A DNA stretch of 64,000 bases, from positions 23,861 to 87,860 of the forward strand of contig DASRDX010000012.1 of assembly GCA_035652395.1 (NCBI GenBank). Direction: 5' to 3'. Shown in pieces: positions 1-8,892 of the stretch. This DNA comes from Minisyncoccota bacterium (lineage in GTDB: Bacteria > Patescibacteriota > Minisyncoccia > Phycocordibacterales > CAJBRS01). The position numbers and the translations under genes are program-made. A model generated the notes under the pieces. It was not told the DNA's origin. It worked only from the letters and a program-made list of their open reading frames with translations, and did not search any database. How positions within the stretch are numbered: position 1 is the first letter of the stretch; each line of letters starts with the position of its first letter.

Positions 1-764
1 TGATGCAGGCGATTAAATCGCGCTGTTCACACTTGGTTTCCCTATGACTCCACGCTTTTGGCGCTTAGTCGAACCGCATGCATCAACTCGTTGGCTCATT
101 CTTCAATAGGCACGCCGTCGAGGACTTGCGCCCTCTTCGACTCCTTGTAAACATATGGTTTCAGGTCTATTTCACAACCCTCACCGGGTTTCTTTTCACC
201 TTTCCCTCGCGGTACTAGTTCACTATCGATCACAAAATGTATTTAGCTTTGCCGGTTAGTTCCGGCGGATTCCCCCGAGCCATTCGTGTCTCGAGGTACT
301 CAAGAATAGCAATAAGAGATGTTTCGTTTTCACGTACAGGGCTATTACCTCCTGGGGCTTTGCTTTCCAGCAAATTCCGTTAACAAAACATTTTGTAACT
401 CTTTCAGTAATAAATACTAAATTGCTACCTTACAACCCCCAATCACCCAACGGAGTGCACTATTAAAAGTGCCTTCCGTTGGAAGATTAGGTTTGAGCTT
501 AATTCCTTTTCGCTCGCCGCTACTTAGGAAATGTTGCACTTGCGTGCATTGTTTTCTTTTCCTCCAGGTACTGAAATGTTTTACTTCCCTGGGTATGCAT
601 TCCACTAGTTGTGGAATTTCTGCCGAAGCAGAAAGGTTTCCCTATTCGGAGATCTCCGGGTCAAAGGTTGCTAGGCACCTCACCGAAGCATATCGGAGCT
701 ACGCACCGTCCTTCATCGCCATTTTGTGTCAAGGCATCCACCATATGCTCTTAAATTCCCATTA
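1..764 (-). rRNA. rrl: 23S rRNA, 5' portion (continues beyond window start)
   Basis: Reverse complement carries 23S domain I signatures: TAAGAGCATATGGTGGATGCCTTG at the 5' end, GAAGTAAAACATTTCAGTACC, AGTAGCGGCGAGCGAAA, AGTACCGCGAGGGAAAGGTGAAAAG. The 5' end is approximate. Confidence 0.97.
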
Positions 765-991
765 GGAAATTTAAAAATCATTACTTATTAAACAACCACT
801 GCTTAATAAGTTATTTGCTTGTTTATTTTTTAGTTGGTTGGATTTCGCAAAGCGAAATCCAACTTACCTGCCCTTATCAGATTCTTGAGAAATCCAATAA
901 GGTTTGTTCAATCAACTTCTCTCCGAAATTAATTGAACTATTATCTCCGTTACTTAAAAGACCCTCTGTTAAAAGGAGTAACGTGATAATC

Positions 992-1038
992 ATTTAATTT
1001 TCAAAGTGTCTGTCGGCCAGAAGGTCTCAATTTGAGAC
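992..1038 (-). promoter_or_regulatory. boxB-like hairpin plus boxA-like antitermination element in the 23S leader
   Basis: Hairpin GTCTCAAATTGAGAC (1024-1038) followed by CACTTTGAAAATTAAAT (992-1008), resembling rrn boxA (CTTTGAAAA type). Confidence 0.65.
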
Positions 1039-1039
1039 G

Positions 1040-1063
1040 AAAAAAACCGCTTTTCTAGCGGCT
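1040..1063 (-). terminator. intrinsic terminator (attenuator) inside the 23S rRNA leader
   Basis: Minus strand AGCCGCT-AGAAA-AGCGGT followed by a T run, between the promoter and the rRNA. Confidence 0.7.
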
Positions 1064-1094
1064 TGTTAAGACCACGCATCAAAAGACGCCTAGT

Positions 1095-1127
1095 CTAGCC
1101 GCTTATGAAGTTAGGGTTTTTAAACAT
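1095..1127 (-). CDS. putative 10-aa leader peptide MFKNPNFISG
   Basis: ATG 15 nt after the -10 box. Its last codons (AGCGGCT) are complementary to the 5' arm of the downstream terminator. Confidence 0.45.
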   Translation of the reverse strand: MFKNPNFISG

Positions 1128-1142
1128 AATCTGTATAGAGGC

Positions 1143-1170
1143 ATTATATACTCTTGAAGAAGGTTGTCAA
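1143..1170 (-). promoter_or_regulatory. sigma70 promoter of the 23S rRNA gene
   Basis: Perfect TTGACA-N16-TATAAT; a 16-bp spacer is typical of rrn promoters. Confidence 0.9.
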
Positions 1171-1196
1171 ATAAGGCTATATTGAGCCTTTTTAAT

Positions 1197-1229
1197 AAAA
1201 GAGCGGCCCGCTTCGCGGGCCGCTCTTTT
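1197..1229. terminator. bidirectional intrinsic terminator
   Basis: AAAAGAGCGGCCCGC-TTC-GCGGGCCGCTCTTTT. Confidence 0.85.
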
Positions 1230-1336
1230 ATATACTCCTAGTGAAACAAAACGGTTATTCTAAATGGTCTGGCCGACCTTAAATAGAATCAGCCGGAGAT
1301 CCGAGGACCTTTAAAATAACTGTTTTGTGGAACCTC

Positions 1337-2041
1337 TTATGCTCCCATGCCGTTATTTCGATCCGAAATCTCATTTCTAACTTTATCAATGTATCGAGCT
1401 GCCGCATCCTGACCTCCGAGGCCGAAAGCCAAACCGAAAGCCAAAGACAGAGCCACCACTACTCCCATAAAGAGAGTCTGGATTAAGGAAACTGCGATAC
1501 CAAGCTGCACCAAAGCGGTCAGAATGGCAAAGATCCAGATAGCCCACTTGGCAATGCTGCCAAGAAGATTGGCGTGACTAAGACGAGCTGCTTTAGCGGA
1601 AGCGGAAACAATTCTCTGAACTGCCTGTGCGATGACAACGGCCACCAAAAGAATTAAGACGGCCACGATCACTTGCGGCAAGTAATTCAACACCACGTTC
1701 TTCAGGAAGTCAGTCACTTGAGTCAAGCCTAGAACCTCAAATGAAGCCAAGAGGAAGACAACAATGATGAACCATTTAATCAATCCTCCGACAAAAGCAC
1801 CTGAATTAAGAAGAATGCCCCCTCGATTCAGAGTATTTTCTACTCCGGCACTTCGAAGAGCGTTATCAATTTTCATCGCTCGGAAAGCTTCTCGGACTAA
1901 CTTATCAATGAAGACTCCGATCAACCAGCCGATGACAAAAATGACAATGGCGATAATAATGTTCGGGATGAAGCTAACGATGCCGTACCAAAGATTGGTA
2001 AAGGACGCCACTAAAACGTCACCCCAGGTATTTGTAACCAT
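1337..2041 (-). CDS. TM_helix-repeat membrane protein (MscS/CmpX-like)
   Basis: 234 aa, multi-TM, duplicated (F/Y)(I/L)P(N/Q)IIxA motif, ends AFGLAFGLGG. Confidence 0.8.
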   Translation of the reverse strand: MVTNTWGDVLVASFTNLWYGIVSFIPNIIIAIVIFVIGWLIGVFIDKLVREAFRAMKIDNALRSAGVENTLNRGGILLNSGAFVGGLIKWFIIVVFLLASFEVLGLTQVTDFLKNVVLNYLPQVIVAVLILLVAVVIAQAVQRIVSASAKAARLSHANLLGSIAKWAIWIFAILTALVQLGIAVSLIQTLFMGVVVALSLAFGLAFGLGGQDAAARYIDKVRNEISDRNNGMGA

Positions 2042-2175
2042 ATTTTTAATAATTAATCATAAATTTAGATAGAAGGGGTCGACCGCCCTTCCCTAGCGTT
2101 CTACTTATAATTATACCCCTTTAATTCTATGGCAAAAAGCCCTGAATTCGAATGTCGGACAATGAAATGTACTTA

Positions 2176-2763
2176 TTAGGAGAGATTCCCAAACTTATCC
2201 AGAAGTACCTTGTGAGGATAGTCCAGAATGTCCCGCAGCAATTTATCCCCAAAATTAAGACGATATTGGAATTCCGAAGTCTCCAAAGCCACGTATTTCA
2301 TCTCTTTGCCGATTTCAGCCTCCAATTTTTTCATAATATTTTCCAGAGCCCGGCCTTTGATCCGGTCTGCCACAACTAAAAGATCGGCTCGGCTGTCCCA
2401 ATCCTGAATAAAGACTCCGGCGACAACTACTACTTTCAAGCGGCCAATTTTAGAAAACTTTTTTAAAACGGAGTCCGGATCAATCGAATCGGTATGGATT
2501 AAGAGATTTTGGAGAGGAGCCAAATGAGGAAATTCCGGATTAAGATACCAGCCTTTGATGCGTCGTTTTTTTACTTTGAGAGACTTCCGCTTAATCAAAG
2601 AAGATTTCTCTAGGCTGTTAATTTCCCTTTTGACTATAGGCAGTCTTAATTTAGTTCTAATGGCAGCCTCTTTGGTTTCAAAAATATTGTTGGGGTTAAA
2701 CAAAAAGAGCCGCATCAATTTCACCCGAGCTTCGGTGCCGAAGAGGTTGGAGAGAATATCCAT
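2176..2763 (-). CDS. winged-HTH plus minimal nucleotidyltransferase-like protein
   Basis: N-terminal LFGTEARVKLMRLF HTH; C-terminal AGVF...SRADLLVV resembles the Pol-beta NTase motif. Confidence 0.7.
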   Translation of the reverse strand: MDILSNLFGTEARVKLMRLFLFNPNNIFETKEAAIRTKLRLPIVKREINSLEKSSLIKRKSLKVKKRRIKGWYLNPEFPHLAPLQNLLIHTDSIDPDSVLKKFSKIGRLKVVVVAGVFIQDWDSRADLLVVADRIKGRALENIMKKLEAEIGKEMKYVALETSEFQYRLNFGDKLLRDILDYPHKVLLDKFGNLS

Positions 2764-2826
2764 ATCTTTATGATACTGAAAACTCCCCAGAACACAAAGG
2801 TGTTTTGCACAAATTAAAAACCTCGA

Positions 2827-3042
2827 CTAGCGAGGTTGGTGATACGGGTCATGAGAAATTCGATGTTTTAATTCCCAAACCCGCAGAGCAGCTAAAAGAA
2901 GAGCCTTGGTGCGTGTTAGGCTGCCTGCGGCGGCCAAGTGGGGCGTTTCAGCAGCAGTTTTGGATTCTGAAGAACATTTCATTTTTCTTGACTTTCGGAT
3001 TCGTACTTTAGCCGGCTCGCTTTCAGGAAATTTAGATTTCAT
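2827..3042 (-). CDS. small basic hypothetical protein
   Basis: ORF filling the gap; start probably at MKSKF; no recognised motif. Confidence 0.35.
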   Translation of the reverse strand: MKSKFPESEPAKVRIRKSRKMKCSSESKTAAETPHLAAAGSLTRTKALLLAALRVWELKHRISHDPYHQPR

Positions 3043-3100
3043 TCTAATAGAATGTATTAGCAAATTAGAAAGAGATTTGCAAACCGATAATCTTAAAAAG

Positions 3101-3124
3101 AAAAGGCGCCGTGCGGCGCCTTTT
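3101..3124. terminator. terminator downstream of rplL
   Basis: AAAAGGCGCCG-TG-CGGCGCCTTTT. Confidence 0.75.
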
Positions 3125-3150
3125 GCTTTTTCTGATTACTTTGAAAAAAC

Positions 3151-3570
3151 TTACTTCAATTCTACCTTTCCTCCGGCTTCCTCAATTTTCTTCTTTACTT
3201 CTTCCGCTTCTTCCTTTTTCATTCCCTCCTTAAGAAGGGCTGGGGCGGCATCTACCAAATCTTTCGCTTCTTTGAGACCTAGAGTAAGCACTTCTTTCAC
3301 CACCTTAATAACAGCGATTTTATTAGCTCCGCCATCGGCCAGATGAACGTTGAAGGTGCTCTTCTCTTCCGCTGGAGCGGCGCCCGCAGCGGGGCCGGCC
3401 ACAGCTACTGCTTGAGCCGAGACTCCGAATTTCTTCTCCAAGAATTTTACTAATTCATGAAGTTCCAATACAGTCATCTTCTCGACGCTTTCTACTAAAG
3501 ATTTAAACTGAGCAGGAGTTTCTACTTTCTCTTCGGTAGCAACTGCTGCATTTTTATTTTCGTCTGCCAT
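3151..3570 (-). CDS. rplL: 50S ribosomal protein L7/L12
   Basis: [11 protein letters not shown]...[32 protein letters not shown]; start taken at MADENK. Confidence 0.97.
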   Translation of the reverse strand: MADENKNAAVATEEKVETPAQFKSLVESVEKMTVLELHELVKFLEKKFGVSAQAVAVAGPAAGAAPAEEKSTFNVHLADGGANKIAVIKVVKEVLTLGLKEAKDLVDAAPALLKEGMKKEEAEEVKKKIEEAGGKVELK

Positions 3571-3574
3571 AGTT

Positions 3575-4066
3575 TTATGATTGTTTTTTATCGGCGATTG
3601 CATTCAAGGATACGACTAATCCGGCAATCGGTGAGTTAATAATATTTACGAACTGAGCATAGAGAGTTTGAAGCGGCGGAATGGAAGCAATGGAAAGCAT
3701 TTCTTCTTTGCCTTTGTATTTCCCTTCAAAGATGCCGCCAAGAATAGAGAGTTTCTGATCAAATTTCTTCTGAAATTCATAAATTTCTCGAGCCGGCGAC
3801 AGTAAGTCGTCGCCGAAGGCAAGTCCTAATTCCCCTTCTAACAATGGCATTTCCCCTTCAAATTTCTCTCCTTCCAAAGCCTTCTTAGTCAGCGTTTTCT
3901 TGGCCACCATATAATTGACTCCTTTACTTCGGAGTTCTCGGCGCACGGCCGTTGAGTCAGCCACGCCAAGACCGTGAAAGTTTACAAAGACTACTGACTT
4001 GGCGGTTTTGACCGCATCAGTCACCTTCTTTAAAATCTCCTGCTTTTTATTTTTTGAGATAGGCAT
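3575..4066 (-). CDS. rplJ: 50S ribosomal protein L10
   Basis: [22 protein letters not shown]; directly upstream of rplL. Confidence 0.96.
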   Translation of the reverse strand: MPISKNKKQEILKKVTDAVKTAKSVVFVNFHGLGVADSTAVRRELRSKGVNYMVAKKTLTKKALEGEKFEGEMPLLEGELGLAFGDDLLSPAREIYEFQKKFDQKLSILGGIFEGKYKGKEEMLSIASIPPLQTLYAQFVNIINSPIAGLVVSLNAIADKKQS

Positions 4067-4108
4067 TTTATTTCAGCTTATAGCTATTCTCGACCTTAAG
4101 GCTCCAAC

Positions 4109-4215
4109 AAAAAATCCGCGAAGGCGCGGAATTGAGAAGCAAAAACCTGCGGTTTTTGCCTTTACCTCGAGAGGGCTTATCTGGTTTTCTCTCCATCGCC
4201 TCTTGTCTTTGGCCT
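4109..4215 (-). promoter_or_regulatory. L10 leader RNA with terminator
   Basis: CCAAAGACAAGAGG...CCTCTCGAGG (L10-leader-type core), then hairpin TCCGCG-CCTT-CGCGGA-T6; promoter TTGACA-N16-TATACT at 4226-4253. Confidence 0.75.
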
Positions 4216-4259
4216 TGTAAAAATTAGTATAGTCAAAAAAGAAAATGTGTCAATTATTA

Positions 4260-4805
4260 TTATTTTCCCATTCTTTCATTCTCTTTCTCTTTCTCTTTCT
4301 CTTTCTCTAAGATTTCATATTTATTACCAGCCACATTAGCGCAAAGTTGAATAAAGGAGGCGACTCCAGAAAGAGCCAAGAGTAAAAGAACGATATAAGT
4401 AACCGGAGATAAGTAATACAAAAATAGCGCAATCATAGTCGTCCACCAACCAGTACACCAGACACACTCAATGGTCTCGGCAATAGCGCGGCGAATTCCG
4501 GGCTTGACACGAGTCTTGACAACCATCTTCTCCCCGCCTTCCACTGCCTCAACGATAGTCTTGTCGTATTGAAAGAGTTCCCGCTTCCAGCGCAAAATCT
4601 TGTCATAAGTTGCACCTCGAATCATCCGGAAACTCGCGAGCGCCACGAGCACTGCTCCCGAAAAAGTAATAGTTCGGGGCAGGCTGCCGTTTACTTTAAT
4701 TAAAATCCAACCAAGAATAATGGCCACGATCAAAAAGGCGCCGCCGGGGATGAGCATGTTATAGAAAATCTGCCTATCCTCTCCTTGAGATACTTTATTT
4801 TCCAT
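4260..4805 (-). CDS. DUF1360-like membrane protein
   Basis: LASFRMIR...D, ETIECVWCTGWW motif, several TMs. Confidence 0.65.
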   Translation of the reverse strand: MENKVSQGEDRQIFYNMLIPGGAFLIVAIILGWILIKVNGSLPRTITFSGAVLVALASFRMIRGATYDKILRWKRELFQYDKTIVEAVEGGEKMVVKTRVKPGIRRAIAETIECVWCTGWWTTMIALFLYYLSPVTYIVLLLLALSGVASFIQLCANVAGNKYEILEKEKEKEKENERMGK

Positions 4806-4841
4806 ACCTTAATTATAGCTCAAATAAATGAATAAATTCAG

Positions 4842-5279
4842 CTATTTAGACGCCGGATTTTGAAGAATCTTTCGGTTTTGCCAATAGGCTGCCGTCAGCA
4901 TTATTAGCACAAATAAGAATAATGATATCCCCAGATAAACCAATCCCGGATCAAAGCAGATGGCCCAGCAGCCGGTTTGTTGGTGGTAGGCGTAATATAG
5001 GAAGCCGGCTAAGGGAAGATAAATTAGAGTTCCGATTAAAATTTTTGCCCGAAAAACCCTAGAGAATCTTGCCGTTAAAGTCATGGCTGTTAAGAAACCG
5101 CACAAACCGAGCAAGAAACAGACTTTTTGGATTAAGAGAATGGTTTTGGAGGGAAGTTCGTTAGAGTAAAACAAATTGTCGTAAAGGAAGCCGGTAGCAA
5201 GAATAATAACAATCAAGCCGAGAGTTACTGAAATCCAATAATTACTTCTTTTGGCTAACTGATGAAAAGATTCGTTCAT
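4842..5279 (-). CDS. hypothetical 4-TM membrane protein
   Basis: Hydrophobic ORF overlapping the stop of the upstream lipase gene by 4 nt (ATGA). Confidence 0.6.
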   Translation of the reverse strand: MNESFHQLAKRSNYWISVTLGLIVIILATGFLYDNLFYSNELPSKTILLIQKVCFLLGLCGFLTAMTLTARFSRVFRAKILIGTLIYLPLAGFLYYAYHQQTGCWAICFDPGLVYLGISLFLFVLIMLTAAYWQNRKILQNPASK

Positions 5280-8200
5280 GAATTTGAATTCAGGCTATCC
5301 AAAAGCTGATTGAGCAAATCGATTAAGGCTTGCGCGTCAGCTTTGGAAATTTTTTGATGTTTGCCATGTTTACTCATTTTTGCTTCAAGCGTGGCATTAA
5401 ACGCCTTAATTTTCTTAGTAGCATTTTTAATTTTACCTTTATTAATTAATTTTAGTAAGTCATCGATTTTGTTTAAAATTTTACTGCGAAGGTTTTCCGA
5501 AATATCCAAACTTAAAACAAGTTTTCTAATTAATGTTAAGTAATAAGCGGGATCAATTTCGGTAGAGGCTGTGCTGCTCGCATCTATTATCCCGTCACCG
5601 TCCTCATCAATCAGTAGGACTGGAGGAGATGATGGAGAGGAAGTCGAGGAAATTACCAATTCGGCGCTAGTCATCGGCGTCACCGGAAGATCAGCGAAAA
5701 GATTGTCTATAATTTGGGTGTCGCCGTCGAACTTTCGTTCCTCTAGAGTAAAACTACCTACATCTAAACCGCTTAACTTGAAACGATAATCTCCGTCCGG
5801 CAGATCAAGATATTTCCCTTCCCCATTTTCCTGATAAGAGCTGTTTGGAATATTTTCCTCCGTAAATTGAAGATCGGTAGAAGGGCTGCTAGAGCTAGTA
5901 AGTCCGGTGTGATTACCGAATGCGTCATAGGCGTCAATAGAAACTGGAGAATGAACACTTATTTCCAGATTGGAGCTGTTATTAGACGTTGGTTTGTTAA
6001 GAGAAATATAGCTCGGCAAAGAGGATGTTCCCTTAATCAGGTTGGCAATTAATTCCTCCACCGGTTTGGTTTCCAGAAGAAAGGCGTGACTGGCATTTTG
6101 TTTATTATTGGAGTTGTAATCTCTGACATTCATATAAAGCTTGGTGCCTGTCTCACTAACGCTGTCACTAACCACCGTTCCATCGCCATCCATAGTTTTT
6201 ATTAACTGATGATCCAACTCGTAACTACAAGGAATAATCGCCAGAAGACAATGCTCTTTACCTAAGTATTCCAGACCATTGGTAGTATTGATGCCCCAAC
6301 CGGCAACCTCTACCACCTGAAGACCTGTCGGAGGAGTCCAGTTATCAAGCTGGCTATGAACGGTTTTGGCACTTGATAAAAGACCGGGGTTCAAAACGTT
6401 TGGATCTGAAATATCAAATTCAGATGGTTTACTTCGACCGTCTTTTGCCAGAAGAAAACTGGAGAGGTTCGAGAGATTATTAATATTGTTGCCGTAAATT
6501 TTCCGAAAGTTATTTATTTTATTTACTGAGGCGTCAAACTGAACGACCGGGGTATTAGTTTTGTTAAAATATTTCTGATTTGGAAGAAGGTTGTAGGCCG
6601 CGGGCATATTCTCTCCCAAACTTCGAGCAGTGGATTTGCTTAGACCAATCGGTAAATTTTGTTCATCACCATGAAGCAATCCTCCGATGACTTGCGGAGT
6701 GCCAAGCTCCGGCGAAGCGACCATCACTAAACGATCTACCAAACCGGCTTTATTTTTCTTTTTCAGAAAATCAATTAAGGCTTTGGCTAGAAGACCGCCA
6801 TTACTGTGAGCGACAATCGTTACTTGGTGGCTCTTGGAAGAGGAAGCTAGCCGATCAATTTCATCCGGAAGCGATATGTATTGATTATTGGCTAACTTAA
6901 TTCCATTTACGATCAGATCATTGTAGTCGCGTCGCCAATCATACGGAACAGCTTCCCAAGCGTTTATAGTTCCCCCTGTCACCAGAGTATTCATAAAATC
7001 CGAGAATTTTTGATAAACATCTTTGTCAAATATTCCGAAGCCGACATTAGTTTTGTTGATAATATCCCGCGTATAAATACTTTGGTCGAGTGCCTCACCG
7101 TGACTATCCATTTTTAATTTGTCGGCGTCGGCGTTTCTATTCGGCTCCCAAAGCTGGTTTTCGGTCAAGAGTCCCCGATTATAAAGACGGCTGGCCTCCA
7201 GCCCCGGCAAGAAGAGAACATTTGAACCGCTGGTGATTGAAGCAGTAGAAGTAGCAGCGCCGGCAAACGGATCAGTGGAAAGCCATGGACTATAGAGAAC
7301 ATTATCCGAAACTTGGTTGCCTGAGCCCGAGGGATTGGAACTCTGGTTGAAAGGTCCGCTTTGATCTCCCCACCAGATATTTTGGGCGAGCAAGCTCGGA
7401 CTACCAGTATAAATTAGACCGTTGTTGTTCTCTTGAATGCTGCTAGTGGAAACAACCAGAGAGGGATCGGCGAAGGAAAGGCCAGTCCCATTATTAATTA
7501 TCTGACTATTGGTGAGATTGACTTGGCCGTTTAGGAATTCTTCAATGCCATTATTCTTAAAATGACTGATCGTGGAAGAAGAGATGTTTATTTTGCTGTC
7601 ATTGTATATCATCAGGCCATCAGCTAAGCCCTTATCAACTAAACTATTTGTGAGATTAGCCTCAGAGGATTCATTTCGATAGATAAGGAGAGCCGAGAGG
7701 CCATTTAAATTGGAAAGCTTTGAATTACTTATAGAAAGTCCGCCATTATCGTAAGCAGTAATACTTCCCTGATAGGAAGTAGGGTTTATATTCTGAATAG
7801 TCGAACTAGAGATGGTAGCTTTCGAGTCATTAAAGACAAGAAAAGCCGATATGCCATTTATATTATTGATACTTGAGCTACCCAAAGTCAGGGCGCTGGA
7901 ATTGTAGACAGAGAAACCGCCAGATGAGTTCTCCAGACTGGAATTATTAAAAGAAAGAGTGCTGCTCCCATATGAGGTAAAGGCTGCTCCGGAGATATTT
8001 TGAAATTGACTATTGTTTACGGATAATTGACTGCCGTTTAAAGTTAGGACGCCTGAGCTTGTAGCAAACTGAACATTTTGAAAATCTCCAAAGGAATGCA
8101 GAAGGAAAAATCCGGAATTAGAATATCTCACCATAATATTCCGTAAGGAAAAAGTGATTGGGCTTTCAATAAAAGAAATACCACCCCAATCTCCGGCGCT

Positions 8201-8533
8201 TGGATTGCCGGTTCCGGTGCGCCCTCCGACAGAATTGTCATTTATTGAAGTGAAATAAATTTTATTGGCGGAAGAACCAACAGCATCCAAACCGCCGGCA
8301 ATAGTGAGACTCGCTCCCTGTCCGAATTTGACTATTGCTCCTGGCTCTATTACCAGCGTAGAACTAGCTGTTACGTAAAGAGGGCTGTTAACAAGGTAAG
8401 GACTTTCGGCCTTAGTCCAAGTAGTATTGACGTCGAGCGTACTACTTGAAACAACAGTGGAAGCCGACAAAGAAAACGGGAATAAAATTGCGGTTAATAA
8501 AACTAAAACTATCTTTTTAAATTGTTTTTTCAT
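5276..8533 (-). CDS. secreted beta-helix plus LCAT/lipase-like alpha/beta hydrolase
   Basis: Signal peptide, WTKAESPY...IYFTS...DWGGI beta-helix repeats, FLPGLEAS, PYDWR, AHSNGG nucleophile, GDGTV. Confidence 0.8.
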   Translation of the reverse strand: MKKQFKKIVLVLLTAILFPFSLSASTVVSSSTLDVNTTWTKAESPYLVNSPLYVTASSTLVIEPGAIVKFGQGASLTIAGGLDAVGSSANKIYFTSINDNSVGGRTGTGNPSAGDWGGISFIESPITFSLRNIMVRYSNSGFFLLHSFGDFQNVQFATSSGVLTLNGSQLSVNNSQFQNISGAAFTSYGSSTLSFNNSSLENSSGGFSVYNSSALTLGSSSINNINGISAFLVFNDSKATISSSTIQNINPTSYQGSITAYDNGGLSISNSKLSNLNGLSALLIYRNESSEANLTNSLVDKGLADGLMIYNDSKINISSSTISHFKNNGIEEFLNGQVNLTNSQIINNGTGLSFADPSLVVSTSSIQENNNGLIYTGSPSLLAQNIWWGDQSGPFNQSSNPSGSGNQVSDNVLYSPWLSTDPFAGAATSTASITSGSNVLFLPGLEASRLYNRGLLTENQLWEPNRNADADKLKMDSHGEALDQSIYTRDIINKTNVGFGIFDKDVYQKFSDFMNTLVTGGTINAWEAVPYDWRRDYNDLIVNGIKLANNQYISLPDEIDRLASSSKSHQVTIVAHSNGGLLAKALIDFLKKKNKAGLVDRLVMVASPELGTPQVIGGLLHGDEQNLPIGLSKSTARSLGENMPAAYNLLPNQKYFNKTNTPVVQFDASVNKINNFRKIYGNNINNLSNLSSFLLAKDGRSKPSEFDISDPNVLNPGLLSSAKTVHSQLDNWTPPTGLQVVEVAGWGINTTNGLEYLGKEHCLLAIIPCSYELDHQLIKTMDGDGTVVSDSVSETGTKLYMNVRDYNSNNKQNASHAFLLETKPVEELIANLIKGTSSLPSYISLNKPTSNNSSNLEISVHSPVSIDAYDAFGNHTGLTSSSSPSTDLQFTEENIPNSSYQENGEGKYLDLPDGDYRFKLSGLDVGSFTLEERKFDGDTQIIDNLFADLPVTPMTSAELVISSTSSPSSPPVLLIDEDGDGIIDASSTASTEIDPAYYLTLIRKLVLSLDISENLRSKILNKIDDLLKLINKGKIKNATKKIKAFNATLEAKMSKHGKHQKISKADAQALIDLLNQLLDSLNSNS

Positions 8534-8611
8534 GCGGTCATTATTGCGAATGACCCGTGAAAAGATTTTAAATGATAGTTAAAATCTTCATGAAATATGA
8601 AGAAGGAGATG

Positions 8612-8647
8612 AAAAAGGGCGGCCGTCAATTGACGGCCGCCCTTTTT
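8612..8647. terminator. bidirectional intrinsic terminator
   Basis: AAAAAGGGCGGCCGTC-AATT-GACGGCCGCCCTTTTT. Confidence 0.85.
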
Positions 8648-8648
8648 A

Positions 8649-8792
8649 TTATTGATTGCTCTCTACGGTGCAACAGAGCTGACTTTCGGGAGAGACTGGC
8701 TGATAGCGACCAATGACTATAAACAGAGTGAAGCTAAAAAGCAGAATGATTAGGAAGATGGTAATGAATTTAAATGCGGTCTTATCAAACAT
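8649..8792 (-). CDS. 47-aa single-TM small protein (not in ORF track)
   Basis: MFDKTAFKFITIFLIILLFSFTLFIVIGRYQPVSPESQLCCTVESNQ, between two terminators with TAGAAT upstream. Confidence 0.55.
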   Translation of the reverse strand: MFDKTAFKFITIFLIILLFSFTLFIVIGRYQPVSPESQLCCTVESNQ

Positions 8793-8820
8793 AGCTTACT
8801 TTAATTCTAGCAAATAAAAC

Positions 8821-8848
8821 AAAAAGCCGCCCTTTCGGGCGGCTTTTT
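8821..8848. terminator. terminator of the surface-protein gene
   Basis: AAAAAGCCGCCC-TTTC-GGGCGGCTTTTT. Confidence 0.85.
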
Positions 8849-8892
8849 GTGTCTATCAGCTCTTGATAAATCAAGTTCTGATCACAAGTAGA

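Noticed and set aside
417-997. ORFs 417-605, 469-765 and 815-997
   Set aside because: They overlap the 23S rRNA or its leader; spurious.
2780-3060. tmRNA, RNase P or SRP RNA in this gap
   Set aside because: No signature motifs found; a small ORF fits at least as well.
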